Origin: Epiperipatus broadwayi
Lineage: Eukaryota > Animalia > Onychophora
Length of the DNA stretch: 64,000 nt
Reading direction: 5' to 3'
NCBI GenBank assembly: GCA_028023455.1
Contig: JAQFVV010000010.1
Span: 11,346,001 to 11,410,000 of the forward strand
The notes beneath the pieces are model-generated. The model was not told where the DNA came from and did no database searches. It saw only the letters and a list, made by a program, of their open reading frames with translations. The translations under genes and the position numbers were made by a program. Positions 25,901 through 38,799 of this stretch are shown in pieces. Position 1 is the stretch's first letter; every line of letters starts with the position of its first letter.

Positions 25901-27384
25901 TGTTAGCTTCAGGATAGTCTATTATTTGTTAAAAAGGAATTTAGTCAGAATATATTTATTAAAAGTATATCCATGAAATAGATGGGACAAATCTTAATCA
26001 TTTTAATAATAATTATATTGTAAACATTTAATTTTATGAGTATAGTCATAAAAAATAAAAACGCAATTAAAGATTTTTATCTTTGAAGAAATTGTCAAAT
26101 ATTTATCAATAAATGTTTAAGTAGTATATTATTTTAAGCCACAATGCAATGTTGTACTAACAAATGGTAATCTCATACTATTTCTAATAAAAATATTTAT
26201 TTTTTATAATTTCATTCCAAAGTTGATTTTTTAAAATTATGAACATTATTTACAATACTATCAAAATATTTATATAAAAAAAAATATAGACACAAAATCG
26301 CAAAGATAGATTTAAAATTACTTTTGCTGAAATTAGTTGATTTTTTTTTACAATCAGTTAATATAATAAATTTAATTTTTATTATATGTATTGTTAGGAT
26401 AAGTATATTTATCTAAAAAAAAAAAAAGCAAAATTAGTGATAATTTGAAAAGACAAAGAAAATTTACTTTCATTTATATTACAACTGGTATGAGATACCA
26501 CTAAATCAGAAAAGGTGGGCATAAAATTTATACGAGCTAAATTCAAACTAATTTGATTTTTGTAAATAGACATATCTAGGAAGGTAATGAGATAGACACT
26601 TGTTCAATTGAAAAAATTATATGAAATTAAAGCATTTGAAAATTTATACTGTTATCACATACTATTTATAGCCATTATGGGTTTTAAAAAAATCAATTAG
26701 TCAAAGCTTAATCCACTAATTTCTGAGGTTATGTGATTGGATAGAAGATTGATATTAAGGTTGTTTTTTTAAAAAAACAAGAGTGTGGGCAATAGATTTC
26801 AATAGTGGTGAGATCAGCAGTCAGAAACTCAGCTTGGAAGTCCGATGCTAGATTGATCTTTTTTAGTTCAAAAATTGACATTGCAAAGCAATATATAAAA
26901 TTTACAAAAATCATGTGATAAACTTTCTAAAATCGGATCATTACTGACCCAACTGTATGCCAATTCCACTAAAATAAGTGCAGGAAAAAGAAAATCTCCC
27001 TGGAACTAGCCTTATGTATTGATTGATCCGAAATCATGTTTCAATTTATGTTAACCTAAAATAAAAATAATTATTAAATTGGAAACCTGAAGCTACAAAA
27101 CAGAAAAATGTTGGATAAAAACTACAGAAAAAGCTACAAAAAAACAAAACAAAACCTGGAGCCAAGAGATTTGATTAAACTACTACCTGCTTGAGGTGCA
27201 AGTCACAAAAGAAGCAGTAAAAAAAGATCCAAGATAATATATTGATGTGTGCACATTTACAAATGTTACTATATTATAAGTAATAAATGAAAACATTTTT
27301 TGTCATTTTTTTTCTTTCTGGCAAAATAATTTTTTTTTATAGTTTTGATTATTGTAAAGGAATAACTCATATAAATTAAATGTA

Positions 27385-27761
27385 TTAAAATAGGCAAAAC
27401 TCTCCATACAGTAATGGCACTCAGTGCGAGCTAGAGTAATCAACGGATGCCAGAAGGCTTGTGGATAAAACCCCTATCTACTATCTACTCGTACATTCCC
27501 AGACTAGCTTGTGGCTTTCATCAGTGAGGAGCCTTGGATCTGTGAGCACTGCACCCAGATCTCACTGATGAAAGCCACAAGCTAGAAACTATTCTGGGGA
27601 TATTGTACGAGTAGGCACTAGGTAACGATTTTATGCACAGGCCTTCTGGCATCTATTAATTACTCTAGCTTGCACCGAGTTCCACTACTGTATGGAGAGT
27701 TTTGCCTGTTTTAATAAGTTATGAGCAAGCATAAGAAATATGATCAAGTGATGTTTAGTGG
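27385..27761 (+). mobile_element. Family 1 full fold-back insertion with hammerhead core, ~45-bp tail, 13-bp TSD
   Basis: Arms ~27385-27530 and ~27560-27715. Core at 27560-27599 (+): TCTCA-CTGATGA-A-AGC-CACAA-GCT-A-GAAA-CTAT-TC-TGGGG; the left-arm core has lost GAAA by deletion. TAAATTAAATGTA is duplicated at 27372-27384 and 27762-27774. Confidence 0.85.
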
Positions 27762-29126
27762 TAAATTAAATGTAATGAATTAAGAAAAATTAAAAGTACT
27801 GCATGAAATTATTCGTGTATTGTATAGTTAGTGTTGATTGGGTATACTAACTTTGGGGTTTGTCATATTATCACTTATTAAATTATTCAATTTTATTAAG
27901 TAATTATTTTTTTTAAAAAAATTTCTGAAATTGTTTTTGAGATCTTTATTTTTCTATCTTACTAGTCCCGTGAATCATCAGCATGTTTGTTTTGAGTCAT
28001 GTTTTAATATAAAGCTAGATGTGAACATAATGGGAAAATATTATTACATTACTCAAAATGATAGTAACTAGGGTCTTACAATTCCAAAGCTAATTCAGAC
28101 ATAATAGTATAAGATATATATAGGGGTATGTGTGAAGACTTCCAGATTATTTGGATAACATTAAAGTAATAAATCACTTTCAAAGTCCATACATTTTATA
28201 GCTTTTACAAGTACTACTTCATTGACAACAATACATTTACAGTATCAGAAGGTCCTGAGCATTGATGATGACCAACAATGATATGATCCCAGCAGTTTTG
28301 ATATATTACGGGTATTTTAGCACTTAAATGTGGACATGCTGATGAAATAATGATGATTATTTTTATATTATGCTCCAAGTTTGGCATTTTACTTAAATTT
28401 CATGTTTTGTTATTTTTAAATTCAGTCACAAAGGATGAAAGTGAATCATGATAATTATTACTGGTGGTGATATATTTACCATATATGTTACTTATTATTT
28501 GCTTGATACTAATTCTTTGACCATTTTCTATACACAGTAAATAGGAATGCTTTTGTTGAGGACTATATTTTTTGTTTTTGAGGATATCAATTTCTATCAT
28601 CCTGTGTATATTAAATCCATATCATTACAATATATATAGAAACCATATATTTTACCATAGAAATTAAGATATAACTATAAATTGTAAAAAAAAAATTGAC
28701 TTGCTTTACTTGTTAAATGAAGTAAATTAATTACTATTGTGGGTATTATGGCTGTTAAGATGACCAAAAATGGAATTAAAATCTCTTATAATACTAGCTA
28801 GTAAATTAGTAAAAAAAATATCCAAAATGTCTTCCTGGTCGATTTTGTTAATTATTGCATACCAAAATACATGCATCTCAATTGTTTTGCTTTAAAAAAA
28901 AAAGGTCCAGTTAATTTTCTTTTCATAAATCACACGCATATAAAATTGAGATGATAGGGAGAGACACAAGATAGGAGATAGTAGACCAGCTGCAATAAAA
29001 TATAACTAAAACATTAATCCAATAATTATAAGAAGTAAACAACCAGTGAGAATAGCAAAGTTTAACATTGCTTTAAACAATGTACACGTGCATGCATCAA
29101 ATCTTTGTGTTAAATGTAGTCAATTT

Positions 29127-29209
29127 GTCAAGCGTTGGTGGTCGAGAGGTCAGCACAGCTGGCTTATAGGCAGTTGTCCTGACTGATGTTATGACACATG
29201 AAAAAAAAA
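29127..29209 (+). mobile_element. tRNA-Gly-derived SINE copy 4 (internally deleted)
   Basis: GTCAAGCGTTGGTGGTCGAG...TATGACACATG-A(n). TSD AAATGTAGTCAATTT at 29112-29126 and 29210-29224. Confidence 0.8.
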
Positions 29210-29364
29210 AAATGTAGTCAATTTAAAAGGTTACAAGTGTAAAACAATTAAATTGTTTTATTGACTATTACCAGTCAACTAAGATTATTTATTAGATAAA
29301 TTTATTAATTAAAATTTCAAGAACTTCAAAATTTCATAAACCAATTATTCTTATTTATATATTC

Positions 29365-29619
29365 CAGGGGTTCCCAATCTTTTTGCACTTAAGAGCAAAT
29401 TCTATAATACTGACCAGGTAGCGGGCACCACTTATTTTGTCAATGTAAATTTATAATTGGTTATTGTTAATAATACACATAATGTACAAAAAAATATTTA
29501 AAAATTAAATTTATTTGTATCAGATAAATAATTTTTTATCGTGTTCGGACAGCAGCGGGCACACATAAAATGGTCTGTGGGCGCCATGGTGCCCGTGGGC
29601 ATAGGGTTGGGGACTCCTG
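29365..29619. mobile_element. hAT-type MITE (255 bp)
   Basis: Termini CAGGGGTTCCCAA ... TTGGGGACTCCTG; 8-bp TSD ATATATTC at 29357-29364 and 29620-29627. Confidence 0.9.
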
Positions 29620-32600
29620 ATATATTCTAATATCAAGTTATTTATTTGGAATGAATATTAAAAATGTTATAAATCTGGTATAAGTTTATGGTTCAATTTA
29701 CTGTAATTATGCATATAAAACTGCTTAAAATCACAATGAAGATTCTCTAAGCTGATTCAAGTTAATGGAATACTTCTTCTTTGCTGGGTCTTATACTTTT
29801 ATTTAAAAATTACCTGAATTATAGCTGGATAGATTCAAATCACTCAAACTAATGGCTTATCCAATTTCTGCATTTTCATATGTATGATAAATATCAATTA
29901 GGATATTCTTTTAGCATTGCTTCCTAATATATTAAATTATCAATATGAGACAATGATACCTGTCTAAGGATAATGGATTTATAATTATTAGGATTATATC
30001 TTTGAAAATGAGGCTAGATGTTTTAAGTTATAGATAAAATTTCTAAACGGATTGCCTCAATGAAACAAACCGTAATAGAATAATTGTTACTTAGCGAAAA
30101 TGCTTTGGAAAATCACACTATTGATCTGTGCTATAGATTTCAACTTCCGAGTGAATAGCTCTGCTATATAAATCTAGTATTAAGTGCATATTATAATATA
30201 AAAAAATTTATTGAAAAGTAAATGGAACCATGGATTATTAATTAAAGACTGTGATTTTTATTCTTGATTTATTTTATAATTATTATTAAGGTAATATCAG
30301 TAGGACAAAGGTACATGTGACTAATTCAAATTAATAGTGCAATTGAATATAAAGGTAATGTCCATTATAATATTTGTATTGGAGATGTTGTATGAAGTTT
30401 AAGATAATGTACAATCTCCCCTAAATCCATTAATATTTATTGTTTTACAGGTCTTTGATTTCATCATCATGTTAGTTGGTAAACAAAAGTATTCTAAGTT
30501 GCTAAATAACCATGGAAACTTTACCTTTTCTCTGTGCCCAGGAAAGAGTGTATAGCATCTCAAAAATGCTGGATTATGCAGCAAAGCAATTTTGGGCATT
30601 GATAATTATAGTCTCATGAGTTGAGGTAGACCCCTAACCATACATTAAAAACTTTAAAAGATAGTGTAAGCTAGAAAGCATAGCCAATTAGGTCACTAAG
30701 ACAAATAATGGTCAGATTTATGAAGTGGTATAAATAGTAGAGAATTAATGCTGTTATTGAATAAACAATTTACTTATTCCAAACAGAGTTAAGGAATTAG
30801 CTAGATATCTATACATGAGGTTGTTACTATACCAATTATTACTGCAAAGGTAGAAAAGGGCATGATAAAACATTTCCATATCCACCTTTAATTAATGTGA
30901 GGTAGTGGATGAATATTATGCATCTTCTCTAATAGTATTTTGTTATGTACATCATTTTATTGATAATATATGCAATCACAAACCAATATTGTCTTTAGTA
31001 GAGAACATAAACCAAAATGAAGAATTTTTGTTATTAAGAATATGTTTTGTTGTCTATTAATAATTTTATGTTTATATAATCATTCATTAATAATAAATTA
31101 TTTATAATACAATTGTTTGTAGTTGATTGAAATCATCATCATTTACATGCTATCCGAATAAACTAGGTCATACATCTATTTCGTTAAATTCATTCTTTTA
31201 TTAAATTTATTTATACCATTGCTTACTTCCATCTTTAGCTAAAATATAGAATTCAATAAGGTATGACAAGGTACAACAAAATCACTTTGATACCATAATC
31301 ATATCCAAACAGATATAAATTTGATTTTAAGTTATAATTCTTTTAAATAATAGACTAAATTTAATTAAGAACTCTGAGATAAATAATCGACTTAAAAATA
31401 CGTGTAATATGGAATTGAGAGTTAAATTGTTAGCCTTATAGGAATAAACATATTTATTTGTATTAGAATAATTCATTATCCATTGTACAGTGGTATATAG
31501 TAAATAAACAAAATAACCAGGATTATATGAGAATCAATCATAGTACCATGAGATATATATTATTGCAATCATACATAGCATCATATGATAGAATAATTAC
31601 TATTATATTTATCAAATAATAAATAAATATACATTCAAGTAAGCTTTATTTCTGAGAGTTTACATCTGATAGCAAGCACAACTAATGTAAACACACTTTT
31701 CTCAATTGTACTTCTCTTTCTCATCTCTGATGTGTATTAGTAGTCCTGTAATTATCTTTTGCCTACATTCTTCCAATAAAGCCTTTTATTGTTTCAGTAG
31801 TATTAGCTTTTATTATTATTAACTTTTATGCATTTTGTTTTTCAATTCCATGATTCCCTTTGCAAATCCTATGCACTGAAATAATATATATATATTGCAG
31901 CTATGTGTACCTACATCATGCATTAAATGTAAATAAGAGAGCTAATAATCACCCACATTTTCATTTTAATTGTAAAACCTTGGTAGATAAAGTGTTAGGT
32001 TTTATTCAAGTGCATTCTTGTAGGTTTTGTCACTTATCTTTTCAAGTATTTCTGAACAAAAACCAAATAAAAGCTTGTTAATTGATTGTAAAAATTAGTT
32101 GTAGAAAAAGAGGGGAAGAAAAACAATTTCAGTAAATTTATCATCTCCATGATAGAAGTTGTAACTAGCTTTCAATTTATAAAAATGCATGTGTTGAGAA
32201 TGTTGCAGTACAAATATATATTTTGTTTTCCCTTTCTCTATTTCCAATTGTCATTAGTAATCATGATGTTTTTCTTCCTGTGTTTATTAAAAAGCAGACA
32301 TTGGCAATGAACTTAAAGTAGGTGTCTAATTAAATGGCTTATTGATAAACAACTTACAGAGCTTGAATGAAAACAATTGGCTTTCAATAAAAAAATGTAA
32401 ATCACTCTACATTTTGTGAAAACTATTGGAATACATATAAACACACTCTGAAAGTTAGAAAATAATAAAAAGTGCATAAGAAATAAAATGGGCGATGGTT
32501 GTGTACTTTGTATGCATATATAAGATAAATATTAAACAAATAGCTTGCTAAGAAAACTCTTGTAATCCATCTTGGGCTACATAGCATTCCATAAAAAAAA

Positions 32601-33737
32601 ATGAAGTTATTCAGGCTGCATAACATACCATGAAGAAAAAAAACTTAATAGCTCAATTCCAGCTCTATCATACATAAATTATTGAGAATGACCAGCAAAA
32701 CATGACAGATCATTGAAGAAATGTCACGACACATTTTAATTGGCAAAATCCACAATTTTACTAAAAACCCACTCGGATATATTTGTGTGATTATAAAATG
32801 CATAGGATTAATTAGAGGATTAAGAACTCATTTTAACCTTATGAATGAGAATTATATTTCAAAACTTCATGAACTAATGGGAAGTAGAAAAAATCATTCC
32901 AAAGATTATCATTGATGAATTAAAGTGTGATTTTTGTATAACGTTTTGCTGGTAACAGACAGTGGACAAAGACAAAAAAATAAAAAACAAAGACTAAAAG
33001 TAACAGTAGCTATTTATTTTGTCATTAAACTTATAAATGTATATATTCTTTCAATTAATCATTAACCAATATCAATTTTTTCTTGATATTAATCCATCTA
33101 TTCTAAATATTATATATGTGTTTATTTTAGAGTAAGGTATTTATATTTTGTATTTTTTTACATGTGTATATTATCTTTTCTAATATGATTATTACTATTC
33201 ATATGTATATTTTCAACCTTGTTGTGGCATCTGGATAATAAAATATATTAATTTTCTTTGTATATGTATTTACTTAACTTTACCCCCCCCCCCCAATAAT
33301 GTAATATTATTGAGATCCAGTGATATGTCGATGTCTCATCAAGGACTGTAACATTAAGGGTTTGAGAGGATATAAAAACTACTTGCACATTCACTTTTCA
33401 TTTATGCATTTCATCAAGTTAATGAAGTAATTTCATGAGCCCCAAAGCTATAATTTGGAGCTAACAGGATCTCTTCAAAGAGTACAAGTTTAAATCCAGA
33501 TTGCTAGTGGTGCCGTTCTGAGTCTACAATAATACTACCAATCTTTGGGGAACACAGTTTATATCTATATAATGGGCAGTAAATATTATAGTGTGGAGTT
33601 AATATTACCAGCATTAAGTTTCCAGTATATTCATCATGGTGTATGATTGGCCTAGGAAGCCAGTTACAATTGTGAGCAAGTGTGGCCTGATCATGGTAGG
33701 GTAAAGGGATCTGCATTACAAAATAGTATAATTTTCT

Positions 33738-34223
33738 GAAATGCATCTTAGGGGTCATTTGTCTTTTATTATATCTTTATTTATACGAATTTGAAAAGAA
33801 TGGGGAAGTATGAAGGTGTTTATTATATCTATAAAGATATTACATACGGGACAGAGAAAGGTGTAAATTTAAAAAATCAGATATATTAATCTTTAACCGA
33901 GGTTTAAAGTTTATATCTGTGCTAGAGATAATATCTAGTTTCAGAAATGATTAGTAATAATCATTAGTGTATTTATCAGAAATGGATGGCGTCAAAGTTG
34001 TGAGTGGAGGGAGTTTGACAATGGTAAATGAAAATGTAACAATTTACTCTAGATAAATACTTTGCATATAATAAAGATATATATGAGAGATAGTGACCTG
34101 GGCCAACTGATGAGTGCTGGTCCAGCACGAAATGCATCTTGGGGGGTCATTTGTCTTTTATTATATCTTTATTTATACGAATTTGAAAATAATGGGGAAG
34201 TATGAAGGTGTTTATTATATCTA
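33738..34223 (+). mobile_element. Retrozyme-like insertion: about 1.25 copies of a 391-nt monomer containing a hammerhead ribozyme
   Basis: 33738-33833 is directly repeated at 34129-34225 (about 3 differences). 11-bp TSD TATAATTTTCT at 33727-33737 and 34224-34234. No ORF. Confidence 0.85.
34103..34142 (+). ncRNA. Minimal type I hammerhead ribozyme, core intact
   Basis: CCAA-CTGATGA-GTGCTG-GTC-CAGCAC-GAAA-TGCA-TC/TTGG. Stem I CCAA:TTGG, stem II closed by G-C, palindromic helix III ATGCAT, AUC triplet, predicted cleavage after 34138. Confidence 0.85.
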
Positions 34224-35549
34224 TATAATTTTCTTTTGTCAGTTATACAAGCTTTTTTTCTTTCTCTATATGACTCAAGCAAACATTTTCTTTTTTTAAA
34301 TGATTTTTTAATCTTTTTCTCCATCTATTATGTATAAAAATATGCCCAAATCTCTCAACTGTTACAAAAATTGACATATTTTCTTTATTCATTTTTCAAG
34401 AAGATACTTTATTTGTTAATGTAGCTATTGTTTTCTAGACTTCCATCTTTTCATGTCTTCTATTAAATGGTAAAAGCATTTAAATTAACTCTTAGCAACA
34501 TTACTTCTCAAAAATTATATACCACATTTATTTATTTTTTCTCAAGTTTTATTAATATCTCATTTTAAAAGTAACATTCATAAAAATCATAATTAATCCT
34601 AATTTCATAAAAATTATTTACTAAATAAATTACTTAAGTCATTTTTTTTAATATTACTTTTATCTAATACTGTATTTTTTTCTGTTTGTACAAAATGTTC
34701 AATTCATAAAATGATTTGCAATAATTTTAAAAATTTGCATATTCAAATTTTAATTTATTTAAATATTTTCGAACTATACATATTTTGATTTATGAATCCT
34801 TATTTTTGTAATTTTCCTACTAATGCGCACATCTTTCTATAACGTCTTTAACACTGAATCTATATTGATGTAGAACATGTTATAGGAGGAAAAATAAATA
34901 ATACAGTGACTATTTTAATATTTTGTTGTGAAAATATATTACTAAAAGTTTATTTTTACAACTATAAAATTATTTTTTATCACATTTAATTATTCTATCC
35001 AAAAACAATATCAAGCAACTAAAAAAAAGAGCAATCATTTGGAAATATTTTCATTACGATACTAAACCACAGCAAAATATAAAAAACAAACAAAAAAATT
35101 TTAATATGAAAGTAAATATTATTTTGAAGTATATACATGAAAGATAAAGCATTAAAACGACATTTTTGTCATGTATTTTAATAAATGTTATAACAACATA
35201 CTTTGATAGAACAATTTATTTATAGAATTCAGAATAAAATTAAATTTAGAAAACAGAATAATTTATATTCTGCAACCATGTACACAAAAATGGATTTTCC
35301 TAAATTATAATAAACATTTACAATTATCATCGATAAAAACATTTATTTATTTATGCATTCAATCAAAATATTAGATTCAAGCAGAAGAGTTCTCCAGATC
35401 TATCTATAAGTGTCTTTTTTCTCTGTTTTTTGATTCTATTTTGAAATCTAATCTAAGAAGGCACATTTTAAATGCTTTCTTTATCAAATAAAGGCTGAGT
35501 GAGTAAGGCTTTGTAAAAATAATTCTTTTTAAAACTATTTTATTAATAT

Positions 35550-35750
35550 TCACTTTATATGTTAATTCAAATTTGCGTACATTTGTCCATCTGAATAACA
35601 AAGTGTTTTTTTCTTTTTTATAATCTAAAACTGAATGCACTTTTGGTGAAGTTCATCAAAAGTGCATTCAGCTTTAGATTACAAAGAATATAGAAACCAC
35701 TTCATTATGCAAATGAACAAACATATGCAAATTTGAATTACGAATATAAA
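35550..35750. repeat. Imperfect ~200-bp hairpin (old MITE or fold-back)
   Basis: Inner TAATCTAAAACTGAATGCACTTTTGGTGAA / TTCATCAAAAGTGCATTCAGCTTTAGATTA; outer AATTCAAATTTGC / GCAAATTTGAATT. Confidence 0.6.
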
Positions 35751-36610
35751 CAAAGGAAAAAAATCAGTATTTCATATATAAATAAACCACACATAATTTG
35801 ACAATCTATTTATTCAGATATAATTAATAAAACAGTGCCTATTTTTTAGTTGTATGCACTGTATATATATATGTACTTAAAAAATAACTTATTTATATTA
35901 TATAATCGATTGGGCTCTCAAATAACATTCAAACACCCAATGGGACAAACTAAAATTTTTTGTTTTTTCACTTTTCTTAGCTAAGAATAAAAGCAGAAAC
36001 TTTTATTTTAGGAGCTAACCAATATGACTTTTAAAAACTTTTAAATTTTGCTTTCCTTAACAAAAATGACTTTATTCATTGTAATGTAAGCATTTTTTAA
36101 CGTTCATTTTTTCCTCAACATTCAGCACAACAAAATGAATAATACATTTTAATGTTAAGTTCTGTGCCCAAAGAAATTTGTCGGTACAATACTATGATGT
36201 AGCTATTACATTAGATCATTACAGATGGCAGTTTGCGCTTCTGCTTCCCATCGCTATACTTAAATGTAATTTATTCTATTGTAATTAGTGAAATGACATA
36301 AACTTTAATGAGTCTTTTAAGCTCTTGAGTTATATATAAATATTGACAATAAATAAAAACAGTTTATTATTAAAAAAAACACCAATAATATTAAAATATT
36401 TGCATTCATAAATATAAATTTTACAAAAAAAAAAAAAATTAATTAAAAATTGTGGAAGAAATTTTGATTTCTGAATTACAAACAATAAAATATATTTAAA
36501 ATAGTAAATCTATAAAAGCAGTCAAATAATTAAAAAAACCAAACCAATGTGTCTAAACACAGCAAGCCACTCACTCTGTATTAACTCTAATGATAATGCC
36601 AGAAAAAGAA

Positions 36611-36649
36611 CCCCATATTCATTTCCGGCTCTTGGTCTTCATCAGTACA
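36611..36649 (-). ncRNA. Degenerate hammerhead-like core about 1 kb downstream of the Dicer stop codon
   Basis: Minus strand: TGTA-CTGATGA-AGACCAAGAGCCG-GAAA-TGAA-TA-TGGGG; stems I and II pair poorly. Confidence 0.35.
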
Positions 36650-37634
36650 AAGAACTGCTTTGCACATTCTTAAGCAGCATCTTTAAATTATCAAGTTAAT
36701 GTCTGAAAATTTCATCACTCTAAAATTTTGAACCCAACAATAAGTTGATAAATACCAAAAGTAGCATTATTTCTCTAATAAAATGAATTCTACATCTAAT
36801 GTCTATAGGAGTATAAAACTTTTCCAATCAGAGGTAAACCCATATCAAATTGCAATAATTTTTCGTTTTTTAGTCAGCATACTGACCAAATGATATTAAT
36901 CTAGCACTTTTACTTCTCTAGCAATTAGCAGTTGGACATTTATTTACAAGTGGATGGGTAGTTAGTTTGACAATAGGTCAGTTATTTGAAAAAGGTCCTA
37001 CGCCAGTTCGTGATCTGAAATAATTTCCAAGATTCACATAGCCCAAGGTTGAATTATAGCTTGTCAGCAGTAATAGATGGATCTACAGAATACTGGGTGT
37101 CATGAGATTATATCATTGTTCCTTTCAGCTTATATTCAGTTTGCATTTGACATTAGCAGTCTATTCAGACTGCTCTATTCCAGAGAAATGTGAGTGGACT
37201 GCTGTTGGCAAACGAAGATTAAATACAAACAAAAGATGACATTATTTTTTGACATATATCAACCTTTTGTCAAAAATATCTGCTATTAGATTATAAGTGA
37301 GCCATTAATGTTAGCCTTAGATATTTACATGATGGTGTGCTTGAAATCAAAATATTATATTGTTGGATATTTTCAATCATTAACCCAACGATATAATAGA
37401 AATAAAAGGCGGCATTGATAGCATACATAAGTTGTGCTTACTGTGATGGAATTTAACAATCAGACATTAACTTTGAAAGGTATTTGAAAATATTATCTAG
37501 TTCTATTGATTATCATGCTTTCACATAGACAGTTTAGGAGTGTTGAAGAGTGAATGGATTGCTAAAGTCAAATGCAGATTGAAATTGAGCCAAGAGAATT
37601 GGATATACGTATAATCATATAGAAACATCTTTTT

Positions 37635-37788
37635 TCAATGAGCTTTTGCAGCTTTCAAATACTTCAAAGCTCTCTTGGCTGCAGTACATTTAGCTATGTT
37701 ATAGTTTCTTCCAACACCAACAAATTTTCCTTTACCAATCACTTCCACTGTCACCCGAACTTTACCATTCAGTTTTCGCTCTGGTTTA
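37635..37788 (-). CDS. Dcr-1: Dicer-1, last coding exon (dsRBD C-terminus)
   Basis: [50 protein letters not shown] matches the Dicer C-terminal dsRBD. AG acceptor at 37790-37789; phase fits the upstream exon (GG|T = Gly). Confidence 0.95.
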
Positions 37789-38799
37789 CTAGAGATAAAA
37801 AACCAAAATAAACATAGAGTTGTATATTTTTGCATATATTTAATAATGTATGTATTTGATATTTATGCATATACAACATACATACACACCCATTAAATAT
37901 AAGTAGCATTTTTTTCAGCTATGATGTAACCCAAGCCACAACCAATTAAAACTGGAAGAGCAAGCTTACAATAATGTAGACAAGTTACACTGTTATTTTC
38001 TAGATCATGTGACTTCAGGTTGTTCTTTCGATTTTCATTGTTTGTGATATTGGTTACATTTTAGCTGAAAAATTTATTTAAAGTAATATAAAAAAATTCC
38101 TATTTAAGATTTTCATCTCTGAATCCTTGAAAATCTTTACATACACACACAAAAAGATTTAAGTTTTAATGTGAAAATTAAAAATGAAAGCTTTCTTCAT
38201 CATCATTCTTCTGTTACAGGCATAAATTAAAAAATATTAATTTCTAGCATATAAATTCTATATAATGTAAAGAATATTTAAAAAGAATATATATTTAATA
38301 TATTTATCAAATAGTGAATTTCTCAGAAGGCTAAGCAATAAAATACTATATATATCCATTTATATAACCTAACAATTTTTTTTTTATATTATTTTTTGCC
38401 TTTACAACCAGATATTTATGTTTAACAGAGCAATATATATATATAAACAATATATATATAAATTTCAGTGCTACATATTCTCCTAATCACTATATATAAA
38501 TATAATGCTAAGTCTTAAAGAGTTAAGGTTTAAATTACTAAACAAATTTAAGCCCTCTTTCACCTCTACTCAAAGAACTTATATGGAAATAAATTTTGAT
38601 AGTAATAAATGCATGAAAGAATATAAACAGCTCTTGTGAATTTGATTAATTTAATATTTCCATATTTTATCAATGTAGCTATTACTACCATATGACTATC
38701 CACACAGTAAAAAATATCCTGGGTAAGCTGCTTATCAATCCACATTAATTACTGGTTGTGAGTTTACTAGGATAACTGCCATTCAATAATGATCTATTT

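Noticed and set aside
37789-37835. N-terminal part of the ORF-track protein [16 protein letters not shown]
   Set aside because: Intron read-through upstream of the AG acceptor; not part of Dicer.
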